Of a DNA stretch of 64,000 nt, positions 27,796 through 44,345 are shown in pieces. Both the position numbers and the translations under genes were made by a program. Location of the stretch: NCBI GenBank assembly GCA_014905635.1, contig JABVCE010000040.1, positions 62,001 through 126,000 of the forward strand, given 5' to 3'. The notes below the pieces were generated by a model. It made no database searches, was not told the DNA's origin, and saw only the letters and a list, made by a program, of their open reading frames with translations. Each line of letters starts with the position of its first letter. The first letter of the stretch is position 1. The stretch comes from Scenedesmus sp. PABB004 (taxonomy: Eukaryota).

Positions 27796-29317
27796 GCGCC
27801 TGCCGCACGAGGTCGTCGCCACGATCGACGCGGTGTGGCCGCCGGGCGCGGCCGACGCCGCGGCGCGGCTCACGCGCGCGCTCGCGCTCGCGCTCGCGCG
27901 GCCGCCGCACCGCAAGCACAGCGAGACGCTGCGGGCAGACGTGCCAGCAATGACAGGCATTTCGATCTACAACTACGGCGTGCGCGTGGGCTTTTGCACG
28001 CTGCTCGCGGGCGACCCCGGCGCGTGCTTTTCGGTTGAGCGCGACCCCGCCGACGCGACCGGCCGGACGCACTGGGTCGAGCTGCGCGTCGACCGCCTGA
28101 TCGCGCGCGCCGCCGGCGCGGCGGCGCGGCAGCCCGCGCGCGCGCCGGCCGCGCCCGCGCCCGCGCCCGCGGCGCCGCCGCAGCAGCACGCGCCGCAGCG
28201 GCAGCTGCAGCCGGGCTCGCCGGCGCCGCAGTGGCAGCTGCCGGCGGCCCAGCAGGCGCCCGCGGCCGCCGACGTCATGGCGGCAGTCGGGGCGGCCATC
28301 GCGGCGCTCTGGCCGCCCGCCGCCGGCGGCGACCCGGACGCGCGGGTGAAGTGGGCAGCCGCCGCGGCGCTGGTGGGCGCCGGCCCGGCGCTGCGCCTGG
28401 GCGCGGTGGAGCTGGAGGCGCGCGTGAGCGCCTCGGAGGGCGCCATGGCGCTGGCGCTCTTGAGCGCGCCGCTGCTGCAGGTGCTGGGCCGGGAGCCGGC
28501 CTTTTCCGTCACCGACGACGGCGCGCCCGGCGGCTGCCACGTGGCGCTCCTGCCCGACGTGCTGCTGGCCCGCGCGGGCCTCCCGCCGCTGCAGCGCGAG
28601 CCGGCGCCGACGCCGACGCCAATGGGCCCCGGCGCCGACGCCACCGCCAGCTGGCGCGGCGAGCGCGCGGCGCTGCCGGCGGAGCAGCAGCAGCCGGCGG
28701 CGCTGCCGCCGGAGCAGCAGCAGCAGCTGCTGGCCGTCGCGTCTGCCCGGCGCTGGCACGCGGACAAGACGACGCACGTGCTGCGACGCGCGCTGGCGCT
28801 CGCGGCCCTGCTGCGAGGCCATCGGGAGGCGCCGCCGCCGGGCAGGCACACAGAGGGCTTGGGGCTGTCGGCCGCCACAGTGGGTGCGGGGCGCGGCCGG
28901 CGAGGGCCCGCGCGCGCGCGCCGCGCTGCGCCGTTCGCGCTGATCCTTCCCCGCCCGCCGCCCGCAGCCGCCGTGATGGTGCAGGCGCTGAGCATGGCCG
29001 GCCTGCGCGGCCCGCCGCCCGACCTTCCGGCGGCCCTGGCGGGCGACATCTTCCTGCGGCATCGCCCCGCCAAGGGTGGCCGGGGTGTGTGGCTCGACTG
29101 TTCGCTGCTGCTCGACCAGGGCGGGGGCAAGCAGCAGGGCCGCGCGGACGCCTCGGACAGGTGGCGGGGCGCGCCGCCCGGCGTGCCAGCGGCAACGGCG
29201 GCGCCCGGCGGCCCAGGCGGCACCGCAGCCAGCAGACCGGGCGAGGTCGGGTGCACTTTGGTGGTGCAGCAGCCGCCGCAGCAGCTGCCGCCGCCTCAGC
29301 AGCAGCCGCTGCCGCCT

Positions 29318-29409
<92 letters not shown>

Positions 29410-29425
29410 GCAGCAGCAGCAGCAG
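29318..29425 (+). repeat. (CAG)n coding microsatellite (polyQ)
   Basis: CAG run with one CGG interruption. Confidence 0.95.
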
Positions 29426-30093
29426 CCGGTGAGCGTGTCGGCGCGGCAGCTGCTGGAGTTTGTCGCGAGCCGGCGCTGGCACGCGGACGAGCAGACGCAC
29501 GTTGTGCGGCGCGCGCTCGCGCTGCACGTTGTGCGGCGCGCCAACACGGTGCAGCTGGCCTGGGGCGCGCCGCGCGCCGCGCCAGCGAGCTCGCAGGCGG
29601 GCGCCTACGCCTCGCCCGCTGACATCGCGGGTGCGGCGCGGCGCACGAGCTGCCGGCAGCGCGCCGCCGCAGCCACGCGGCGCACGAGCGGCGCCCGCAG
29701 CGGCCGGCGCATGCGGCGGCGCTCACCGCGGCAACGCCGCCGCGCCGCGCGCAGGCGCTGTGATGGAGGGCGCCCACAGCCAGTGGAGCGCGCGGCCGGC
29801 TCAGCTGCCGTTCCAAGACCTGGCCGAGGCTCTCGCTGGCGACGCGTACCTCGCGCCGGCGCAGGGCGAGGCCAGGGAGTCGGTGATTCTGGACAGCCAG
29901 CTCCTCTGCGCTCACGCGCTCGCGGCCAGCGCGGCGGCGGGCGGCGCCGCCGTTGCCGCGCCAACAGACGCTCGCGCGGGCAAGGCCGTGCTGGCGGCGC
30001 CCAGGGCGACCGAGGGCCCGCCCGCCAGCCCTGCTGCCAAGTCACAGGGCGGGGGTGAGGTGCAGGTGCAGATGCCTGCAGCGGCCCAGACGG

Positions 30094-30095
<2 letters not shown>

Positions 30096-30182
<87 letters not shown>
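30096..30182 (+). repeat. (CAG)n coding microsatellite (polyQ)
   Basis: Pure CAG run, followed by (CAGGCGCCA)n encoding QAP repeats. Confidence 0.95.
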
Positions 30183-30183
<1 letters not shown>

Positions 30184-31890
30184 GGCAGGCGCCACAGGCG
30201 CCACAGGCGCCACAGGCGCCACAGGCGCCGGTGGCGCAGCTGGCGCAGCTGGCGCGGCAGCCGCTGCAGGCGCCGCAGCCCGCAGTGGTGCAGGTGTCGG
30301 CGCGGCAGCTGCTGGGCCTCGTGAGGGGACGACGCTGGCACGCGGACGAGCAGACGCACGTGCTGCGGCGCGCGCTGGCCCAGAAGCTGGTGGAGCAGGC
30401 CAACGCGGCGGCGCTGGCGCCGGGCGCGCCGCCCAACGCGCCCGCCGTCCTTCAGGCAGCTGCATATGCCATCGACGGCGGAACTGCAGGTGCTGCCGCA
30501 GCGGCGCTGCGCGCGCTGGCCGCTGCGCGGCGCGCGCCGCACGGCAGCTGACACGCACGGCCTCCCTGCCTGCCCGCCAGGCATCATCATTCTCGAGGCC
30601 TTGGGGTGCTGGAAGGGCAAAGCGCCCGGCGCCGTCTGCCCCAAGCTTGCAGAGCTCGTCGCCGACTGCCAGCACCTGCGCTGGGAGCGCAGCGCGACGT
30701 GCGACACCCGGTGGCTGGTGCGGCTGGACGTGGCGGGGCTGCTGGCGGCGATGCCGCCCGGCGCGGTGGCGCCGGCGCCGGCGCCCGGCACGAGCGCTGG
30801 CGGCGGCAGCGCTGGCGGCGCCAGCGGGCAGGGCACAGCGTCCAGCGCGGCGGCCGCGCCGCAGCGCGCGGACGGTGCGGCCGTGCGCAGCACGCCCCCG
30901 CCGCAGGCGCAGCAGGCGCAGGCAGCGGCGCCGGCGGCAGCAGGGAGGACGCCCTCGCCGCAGGCTCAGCAGTCGCAGGCAGCGGCGCCGGCGGCAGCAG
31001 GGAGCACGCCCTCGCCGCAGGCGCAGCCGGCGCCGCAGGCGCAGCAGGCGCAGCGGCGAGGCAGCCTGGAGGTGCTCCGGAAGCAGCAGCGAGACAAGGA
31101 GGAGGAGGAGCAGCCGGTCGAGCAGGGCGGGGGGCGGCAGCTGGAGCCAGAGCCGGAGCAGGACGCAGGGCGGCAGCAGCGCAGCGCGGCCGCGCCGGAG
31201 CCAGAGCAGGGCCGGGACGAAGGCCGCGCGCGCGAGGCGGCGGGCGCCGCGCCGGACGCGGGCGCGCCTGGGGACGCGGCGGACGCGGACGTGGCCGCGA
31301 CGGCGCACGACGCGGGGCGGGGCGACGGCGGGGCGGGGGGCGCGTGCGAGTCGGACGACGAGGTGGTCGTGCTCGACAGCGACTTGGGCTCGGACGGCGG
31401 CGGCGGCGGCGGCGGCGCGTGCGTCGACACGCTCACGGCGCTCGCGGCGTTTGAGTTTGAGCGCGCCGCGCGCGGGCTGATGCCGCCGCCTGGCACGCAG
31501 GATGGCTGGGGTTGAAGGGCTCGCAGGGCTTTGCGGCGCGTTGGCGAAGTTGGATCAATCGTGCGCCAGGCAACCGCGCGCACCCACACTCCCGCGCCGC
31601 CTCCCTGTGCCGTGTGCGCCCCCGGCTCGGTCCCGCGCCCGCGCGCGGCGCGCAGCGCCGGTCGCCGCCGCTCGCGCCTCGCGATCGCGCGCCCGACTTC
31701 GGCCCCGCCGGCACGCCACCGCGCTTGGGTGCGCGTCTCGGTGCCAGGAGGGCGCGGGCAGCGGCCGGCGGCGGCCGTGCGCGGCGCGATTAGAAATGCC
31801 GCGCCGCCACCGCGCCGACGTGCGTGCGCCGTTCGAGCCGCAGGGCGGCTGCGTGAAAGGAGCGCTTCCCACCCAGAGCCTCGCCCGGCT

Positions 31891-36041
<4,151 letters not shown>

Positions 36042-36452
36042 GTCAACCCCTGGCCTGTGATTGATTGCTTGACCGCATGACCCCTCACAGTCCCGGGCCC
36101 TGCGCACGGGCAGCTCGCAGGACCAGTGTTGAGCGCTGCGTGGCCTGCTTGCACCGACCCGTGGTCCGGCCTCGTGTGACGCGGTCCTCACGTTTGCGCG
36201 CGTGCCCAAGTGTCCCAGCGCGCGCCCGCCCTCACACTGCGCTTTGTCGGGTGCCCGCGCGCGGGAGCACGGGCCGAGGCTGGGGCGTGACTGCCTGCGC
36301 GCTGCCGGGGAGGGAGGCAAGGAGGGGGCGCCAGCGCCCCGTCGCCGTGGGCGCCGGCAACGCTCGGTCGCGGTGTCGTAGCGGCCGGCTGTGCGGGCGG
36401 TGGGGGACCGCGGCAACACCCAACGTTGGCCGGCCCAGCCGGTTGCACGCGC

Positions 36453-39400
36453 TCACCGCCCCCGGCCGCCGCCGCGCCCACCGCGCGCGGCTGTGCTGCT
36501 GCCGCCCCTGCCGCCGCCGCGCGCAGCACTGCTGCCGCCCCTGCCGCGCCCGCCGCCGCCGCGTCCGCCGCCGCGTCCGCCGCCGCGTCCGCCGCCGCCG
36601 CCGCGGCCGCTGCCCCCGCCGCTGCCCCCGCCGCCGCCGGCGAGCTCCAGCTCCTCCAGCACCTCCGGCGGCAGCTTGGACCGGCCGCCGCTCGCCTTGC
36701 GCGCGCGCGCGTCCGATGCGATGGCCGCCATGGCCGCCGCCGCCGCCTCGGCGGGCGAGCCCTTGGGCGGCGTGCCGCCCGTGCGGCGGCGCGGCGCGGC
36801 GCGCGGCGCGTCGCCGTCGCCGGCGTCGGCGGCGGCGCGCGCCGCGGCGCGCGCCGCGCGCGCGGCCGCCTTCTCCTGCCGGACCTCCTCCAGCTCCGCG
36901 TCGAGCGCGGCGCGCAGCCGCGCGCGGTACGCGTCGAGCGGCTCGTCGCCCTCCACGGCCACGTCGTCGTCCTCGTCCAGCACGTACTCGCCTTCGCCCT
37001 CGCCGTCGCTGTCGCTGCCGTCGCCGTCGTGGGCGACGCGGCCGTCGCCGCGCGCCCGCGCCGCCGCGGCGGGCGCCGCCGCCTTGGCCTGCGCCGCCGG
37101 CGCCGCCGCCGGCTGCTGCTGCTGCTGCTGCTGCTGCTGCGCCTGGTCCTCCTCCTGCTCCTTGGGCTGCCGCTGCTTGGGCTTCTTGTCCTTGGCGGGC
37201 GGCGGCCCGACCACGAGCTCGCCGCCGGCGAGGTGGCTCTCCTGCGCGCGGCGCGGCGCGGCGCCGTGGTTCATTGCCGACACGAAGCGCGCGGCGCGCG
37301 GCGCGTCGCGGCGGAGAGCGTGCGACGGGCGCGCGCGCGCATGCGGCGGCGCCGGCGCCGCCGCCGCGCGCGCACCAGGATGGGCACGCCGAGGCGCTTG
37401 GAGAGGCGCTCGACCACGAATCGCTCCCCCGGCGCGACGAGCGTGACGACGAGGCCCGGCGCGCCCATGCGGCCGGTGCGGCCCGCGCGGTGCGCGTAGT
37501 GCGCGGCGCTGCTCGGCAGCTCGATGTTGAACACCACGTCGATCTGGGCCGGCCGGGCGGGTGGCGGGTCGGTCAAACCAACAGGTCAACCAACTCGACA
37601 AACCAACAGCGTCGGCGCCGACGGCAACGGCGCGACGGCGCGAGGGCGGGAGACCCGGCGGCTGCGGCGCCGGCGCGCCCCGTCCCCACCGTGCCCCCCT
37701 CCCCTGCCCGCCCGCTGCGCACCTGGGGCAGGTCGATGCCCCGCGCCGCGACGTCGCTCGCCAGGAGCAGCCGGAACGCGCCGCGCCGTGCGCCCTCCAG
37801 CACCGCGCCGCGCTCCGACGCCGACAGCTCGCCGTGCAGCGTGCCGACCTGCGCCGCGCGCGCGCACGGCGCGCCGCGTTCGGCCGCGCCCCAGGGGGCG
37901 CGCGCGCGACGCCCGCGCAGCTGGCAGCGCCGCAGGCCGCCCCGCCCCGTGCAGCCGCGCCGCGCCGCTGCTGCCGCAGGCCGCCCGCACCTCAATCTTT
38001 TTCGCCTCGACCTTGCCCGCCACGTCCTTGAGCCGCTGCTGCCAGTTCATAAACCCCAGGGCGCAGCCCACGTCGAGGGCGTACAGCGCGCGCCGCACCG
38101 CGTCGGCCTTGTGCTGCGGCGGCACGACCAGGTACAGGTGCCGCAGCGCCGGCGGCAGCGTCGGCACGAGCCCGCCGCCCTCGGCGCCGCCCGCGGCGCC
38201 GACGGTGCGCGGCCCCGCGCCGACGAGCGACGCGGGGCCCTCCCAGCCCTTGGCGCCCCAGCCCCACGCGACCGCGGGGTCGGCGGCGCCGGGCGCGCCG
38301 CCGCCGGCCGCGTCGGCGTCGGCCGCCCACGTCGGCGCGCCGCCCGTCGTGATAAAGGCGGGGTCGGGGCACCACTGCGCAAAGCGCCCCAGCACGCCCG
38401 CCCAGAGCGTCGCGCTCACGAGCACCGTCTGCCGGCTGATCGGCACCAGCGCCGCGCCGCCGGCGCCGCCGCCGGCGCCGCCGCCGGCGCCGCCGCCCTC
38501 GGCGCCGCCCGCGGCCGCGGGCGCGCCCGTGGCCTTGGCGCCGGCGCCGCTCGCGCCGAGGCGCTTGCCGCAGTGCTGCACGATGTGATTGATGTCGGCC
38601 GTGTACACGTCGCCCAGCAGCTGGTCCGCCTCATCCAGCACAAGGGTCGGGCAGCGGTGCAGCCGCAGCGCGCCCGTCCTGCGCGCGGCGGGGGCGCGCC
38701 GGCGGCGTCGGACGCGGCGCTGCAGCGCCAGCTCGGCGTGCGGCGCGCTGCGCGCACGTGCCCCGCGCGCTCCCTCGACCCTGCGCACCGCACGAGGTCT
38801 GCGAGGCGGCCCGGCGTGCCGACCACGACCAGCGGCTGCTGCTCGAGGATCGCCTCCGCCTGGCGCCGCATGTTGGCGCCGCCGATCGCCTGCTGCACCG
38901 CGCCGCGGCTCTCCCGCGGCAGCAGGCCGCCGGCGACGCGGCAGATCTGCATCGCCAGCTCCTGGCTGGGCGCAACGACCACGACCTGGGCGGCGCACGC
39001 GCAGCATGCAGCCAGCGCGTGCGGGGCGCGGCGGCGTGGGCGCCCGAGCGGGCGACAGCCGCAGCGGCAGGCGCCAGCAGCGGCGCCGGCCCGCGCGCCC
39101 CCGCACCTGCACGCTCCACGCGTCGCCCTCGGCGACGCTGGTGGCGCCGGCGGCGGCGGCGGCGCGCGCGCGCTTGAACGCCGCCTCGGCGCGCCGCAGC
39201 GCCAGCGTCATCGCCGGCAGCAGGTAGGCCAGGGTCTGCCGGTCGCGGCGGCGGCGGCGGCGGCGGCGGGGCGCTGCGTCGTGAGGGGCGGCTTGGCTGG
39301 TTGCCGGTTGCTGCTGCTGCTGCTGCTGCTGCTGCCAGTGGCGCCAGCAGCTCAGCTCGGGCACACCTTGCCGGAGCCGGTGTAGCTCTGCACCGCTGCG

Positions 39401-39902
39401 TTGCGGCCGGCGAGCAGCTGCGGGATCGCCGCCTCCTGGATGGGCGACGGCAGCTCGATGCCGGACTCGGCCAGGCCGGCCTGGCGGCGGGGTGGGGCGG
39501 GCGGTGGGGGCGGGCGGCGCGCTGCGCGTGAGCCCCGGGCCTGGCTGCCGCCGCTGCTGCCGGCGGCAGCCGGCGGCGCACAGCTCGCACCGCCAGCAGC
39601 GGGTCGATGCCCAGCTCCACAAAGCTTGGAGGCTCCTCCACGCTCAGGTCGGTGCTGGCGTCGGCGCTGCTGCTCAGCTCCACGGCCTCCGCCGGCGGCG
39701 CGGCAGCCGCCGGCTCGCTCGCCACGGCGCCGCCGCCGCCGGCATCGCCGAGCGCCGGCGCGGCGTGGCGGGGACGGTGCTGGGGACGGCGTCGCCCGAC
39801 CGCGGCCTGTCGGGGGCCCGGCCGGCGCGGCGGCAGGCCGGGGAGGGCGCGCGACTGCCGCGCCGCGCCGCTGCAGGCGCGGCGCGCTGACAGCAGCGCC
39901 AT
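36453..39902 (-). CDS. RH47: Organellar DEAD-box RNA helicase (RH47/ISE1-like) with RGG tail
   Basis: QSYTGSGK|TLAYLLP, VAPSQELAMQI, GGANMRRQ, VVGTPGR, LVLDEADQLL, SAT, LPPALRHLY, DVAARGID, YAHRAGRTGRMG. Confidence 0.88.
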
Positions 39903-40111
39903 GCTGCCGACTGGGGCCTGGTAAACGCGCTCAACGTCGCACAGGAGCGGCACGCGGGCGCCGCGGGCCCCGCATGCGCCGCGCGCAGCCCGTTTGTGGC
40001 ATGCCGTCACAAACACGCGCCCGCCCGCCGCGCTCCCTCGTGCTTTAAGCTTGCGCGCTCGCCAGCGGCGAGCCACAGACGTGCCCCGCGCTACGGCCAC
40101 GCCCGCACAAG

Positions 40112-40459
40112 ATGCTGCGCTCCGCGTGCGACGCGTGCCGAGCCTTCCTGTCGCTGGCGCCCCTCCACCACGCCCAGGGCGACGTGGCGGTGCCGTATGC
40201 CGCCTGCAGCCTGCTACAAGCCGTCACCGCCCGGGCACCCGGCCTGGGCGGCACGCGGGCGGCGAGCGGCGCGGCGGCGGGCGCGGCAGCAGCACCAGCA
40301 GCGGGCGGCCTCGTGCTGCACGACTCCGCCGTGCAGGTGCGGCGCTTGGCCGGCTGCCTGCGCCTGGCGGCGGGGGTGTGGCGTGGCGCTGGCACGAGTC
40401 GCGGACGTCGGGGCGCGGACGCCCAGGCCGCCGCCGTCGCGCCCGCTGCTCGCGCACCC

Positions 40460-40499
<40 letters not shown>

Positions 40500-41050
40500 A
40501 GAGGCTGAAGGAGTTGCAGGCCGAGGCCCCGGGGCGCGCGGTGATGCTGCGCATCGAGGTCGAGGGCGGCGGCTGCTCCGGCTTCCAGTACAAGTTCAGG
40601 CTCGACGACGCGAGCGCCGCGGCCGACGACCAGTGAGCGCCGCGGGCGCGCGCAACCAACGCTCGCGCGCCGCGCCCGGGCGCGCGCGCGCGCCGCGCCC
40701 GCGCCGACACCCGCGCCGCGCGCGCCGCGGCGGCGCAGCGTGTTTGAGCGCGACGGCGCGGCGGTCGTGTGCGACGCGGTGTCGCTCGACTTCCTGCGCG
40801 GCGCGGTCGTGGAGTATGAGGACAGCCTCATGCGCTCAGCCTTCCAGGCGCGGCTGCGCAGCGCGGCGGCAGCAGAGCCGTGCTGCGCAGCGCGGCGGCC
40901 GGCGCCGACGCTCGCGCCGCCTCGCGGGGCCGGCCGCCGCGCGCCGCCTCACCGCGCCGCCTCTCGCCACGCCGGCGCACGCAGATCGCGGCCAACCCCA
41001 ACTCCGAGTCCACGTGCGGCTGCGGCACCTCGTTCGTCGCCAAATTCTGA
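40112..41050 (+). CDS. ISCA2: Fe-S cluster assembly A-type carrier (IscA/HesB family, ISCA2-like)
   Basis: [55 protein letters not shown]. Stop at 41048-41050. Confidence 0.9.
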
Positions 41051-41500
41051 GCCGGCGCGGCGGCTGCGGCGGCGGGGCCCAGTCGGCTGCGAAAACTCAA
41101 CGAAACGACTGCAAGGCGAATTGCGCGGGCGAGGGGCTTGCTCTTGCACTTGATCATTGAAGCGTGAGACTGTATTCGTTGGGCGCCGGGCCAAGAGCGG
41201 GTCGGGTCACAGAGCGTGCGGGCGAAAGCTGCTGGCCGCTGGCTGGAGAGGTCAGAGGCGCGGCGACTCCTGTAAAGACGTTACGTCGATGTACAGCGAG
41301 CGGCGGCCACACTGGCGGCCGCGCGACCCCAGCTGCTGCGGCTGAGTGCAGGCCTGCGGAGCAACTCCCCAGCTGCCTGCCCGCTCCCGATGCCCTTCCC
41401 CAAAAATGCGCTCCTTCCCTCTGTCCCTCTCTCCCGTTCTCAGAACCTCTCGCGCTCACACGCTGTTGGTACAGTGCAGTGCAGATGCTGCAGCCGCCCC

Positions 41501-43330
41501 TCACGCCGTGGCGGCCGCCCGACCGCCGGCGACCCACACGTACTGCTCCGGCGGCACGTGGCCGCCGCCGCCGCCGTTGCCGCCGCCGTCGCTGGCGCGG
41601 CCGTCGGCGCCGACCGCGCCGGCCAGCGGGCAGCGCACGAGCGCGGCCAGCGCCGCCGCGCCGCCCTGGCGCTCGCGCTGCGCGGCGAGCTCCTTGGTGA
41701 TGAACCTGCGGGCGGCGCCGGCACGCGGTGAGGCCAGCCGCGGCTGCCGCGAGCCGGCGCCGCGTGCCGGCGGCGCGCGGCGCGCCGCGCACCGGTTGGA
41801 GTAGCGCTCCGCCGCGGCGATGCAGAACGCGGCCGCGCGCACCGCGCCGCGGCTGCAGCGGGCGAGGTCGAGAAGGTGAAAGGTCTCCATCTCGAGGCTG
41901 ACCGCGTCGGGGTAGCGCTCGCGGAGCTGCGTTATGACGGCGTCATTTTTGTCGTCAAAGTGCGCCCCGAGCCGCGCCTGGCTGGAGTAGAACGAGTCGG
42001 CCGTCGCGTTGAGCCCCGCGACGACGGCCGCCGGCCCGACCCGCTCCGTCGCGGCGGCGACGAGCAGCGCGGCGAGCTGCGGGTCGGCCGCGACCGGCGC
42101 CGACACGGCGTACGCGGGCCGGCCGTCGCCGAGCGTCCAGGCGTCAGGGTCGCGCCTGGGCGGGCGGGTGGGGGAGGGGTGAGCGGGGGGCAGTGCCGGC
42201 GGCGGGCGCGGCGCCGGCGCCCGGCGCCAGGCGTGCCCGCGCCGCGCGGGGCCAGCCGGCGCGGCTGGCGCCGGCTGGCCCTCGCGCACCTGATGCACAC
42301 CGCGCCGGGGCTCGCGACGACGAGGCTGCCGAGCGCCGCGGGCGGCGCGAGCGCGCCGCACGTGCCGAGGCGCACCACGGCCATCTGCCCCGCCACCACC
42401 GCGCGCGCCTCCCGCACCACAAAGTCCATGTTTGGCATTCCCATCATTGTGGTGATGATCGACACCGGCGTGCCCTCGTACAGGCCTGCGCGGCGGCGCC
42501 ACGGGCGGGGCGTGGGTGCGCGGGCGCGCGGGGTTGGCTGGGGTGCGAGTGTGCGCTGCGCGGCGCGGCGGGGCGCGGCGCGGTGCTCGCGGCGCGGTGT
42601 GCGTGCGCGCTGCGTGCGCGCTGCGTGCGTTGCGCGGCGCGACGGGGCGCGGCGCGCACCAGTGATGGTGAGGAAACCGCGGCCGCTGAGGTGCTGGAAC
42701 AGCGGCGCGCCCGGCGCGCCGCCCTGCAGCTGGTCCGCGACGAGCAGCGCGCGGTCCATGCTGCCGACCGAGAGGATGCGGTTGGCGACCTCGCCGCGCT
42801 GCGGCGGCGCGCGGCGGCGGCGGCGCGGGTGGCGCGGCGCGGCGCGGCGCGGCGCGCGACACGAGTGCGGCCGCGCGACCTCGCCGCTGCGCGGGCCGCG
42901 GCCGCGCGCGCCCCTCCTCCCCGCCACACCTTGCAGCCGAGGTGCAGCGTGCGGCCCTCGGCGTCGCAGGGGAAGTTGGCGTCGGCAAAGTCGCTGCTCT
43001 GCGGCTGCGGGTCGATGATTTTCTTGAGCTGCTTCACCGTCGTGTTGAGCGTGGCGACGCTGCGCCGCGCGAGGGGCGCCGCATGCAGCGCGGGAGCAGG
43101 GTGGGACCGGCGTGGGGGCGGACAGCGGGCGGCGGCCGCGCCGGCTAGTGTGGCGGCGCCGCGGCGCCAGGTCGCGCGCTGCTGCTGCGGCGCGCCGCCC
43201 CGCACCAGGGCAGCGCGCGCCGCCTGGCGCGCGTGCTTGGCCGCACGGCGCTCGTCGTCGCGCCGGCCGCTCCCTGGCACCGCCGGGGCGCCGGGCGCGC
43301 CCTGGGAGCGCGCAGCGCCTGCTGCTGCAT
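41501..43330 (-). CDS. Uridine/purine nucleoside phosphorylase (PNP_UDP_1 fold), N-terminal transit peptide
   Basis: ANFPCDAEGRTLHLG, GEVANRILSVG, MGMPNMDFVVRE, VVRLGTCG, ATADSFYSSQAR, LEMETFHL. Confidence 0.85.
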
Positions 43331-43578
43331 CCCGGCGTGGCCTGCACAGGAAACAGCGGCCTCCGCGCTGGCGCGCAGCCAATTTCCGTTCGTGCAAGGG
43401 CTGAGACGACGCACGTGGGCTCAGGCGGGCGCGCGAGCAAGATGGGGTGCTGGAGCTCGAAAACAGCCCTGGGCAGCCCTGGGTCGGTCGGACGAGCTGG
43501 GCAAGCGTTTCAGAGACGAGTACAATCCCCCGGGTGCACCCGAGCAGGAGTGACCGAAGCCCCCTGCGCCGCCGCGTC

Positions 43579-44308
43579 TCAGCGGCCGCGCCCTGGACCG
43601 CGCTCGCGCGCGTGCGCGCCGCCCCAGCGCGCGCGCGGCGCCGCGGCGGCGGCCTTCCAGCAGGCGCCGCAGCAGGCGTCGCTGGCGGCCAGGCCAGCGC
43701 CCGCGCCCCGGGCGCCCGCGCCCCCCGCGACGCGCAGCGGCGCGGCGGCGCCCCCGAGCGCCGTGCAGGGCCGCAGCGCGCCGCCACCGTCGCCGCCGTC
43801 GCCGCTGTCGCGGTTGTCGCCGCCGCCGTCGCTGCGGTTGTCGGCCCCGGGCGCGGGCGCGGGCCCGCGGCCGGGCGGCGCCAGCGCCGGCAGCGCGGAG
43901 CGCAGCGCGCGCGCGAGGCGCACGCTCCCGGTCTTGGCACCCGCCAGGTTGAGCGCGCCGGGGCCGAGCTGCAGCGCTGCATACGCGCCGAGCACGTACA
44001 GCCCCGCGCCTGCGCGCCACTCGAGGCTCGGCTGCACCGCCGGCAGCCCGGCCACGACCGGCACGGGCAGGCGCGCGAGCAGGCCCGCGAGCAGCGGCTC
44101 GGCGCGGGCGTCCACGGCCGATCCCGTCGCGAGCCAGAGGCGCTCCGCGTGGAGCACGTCGCCGTCCTCCAGCAGCACGTCCCAGCGCCCCGCCGACCAG
44201 TCCCACTCCGCACCGGCCACGCCCGCGTGCTCGCGCACCGCGAGGCGCCCCGCCGCCTGCAGCGCGCAAAGCTCGGCCGCCGCCTCGGGCGGCGTGCTGC
44301 CGCCCTGC

Positions 44309-44345
<37 letters not shown>

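Larger units (their letters stand above)
27530..31515 (+). pseudogene. Hypothetical polyQ protein with about 6 tandem ~100-aa modules; frameshifted by an insertion at 27722-27801
   Basis: Three copies of RRWHADxxTHVxRRALA plus more diverged W-PP modules. The frame is restored when the 80-bp insertion is removed. No ATG was found between the NCS1 stop and the first exon. Confidence 0.55.

Noticed and set aside
36065..39385. 1106-aa plus-strand ORF and the many other long Arg/Ala/Pro/Gly-rich ORFs in the track
   Set aside because: They are stop-poor artefacts of extreme GC content. This one is antisense to the DEAD-box helicase and has no recognisable motifs.
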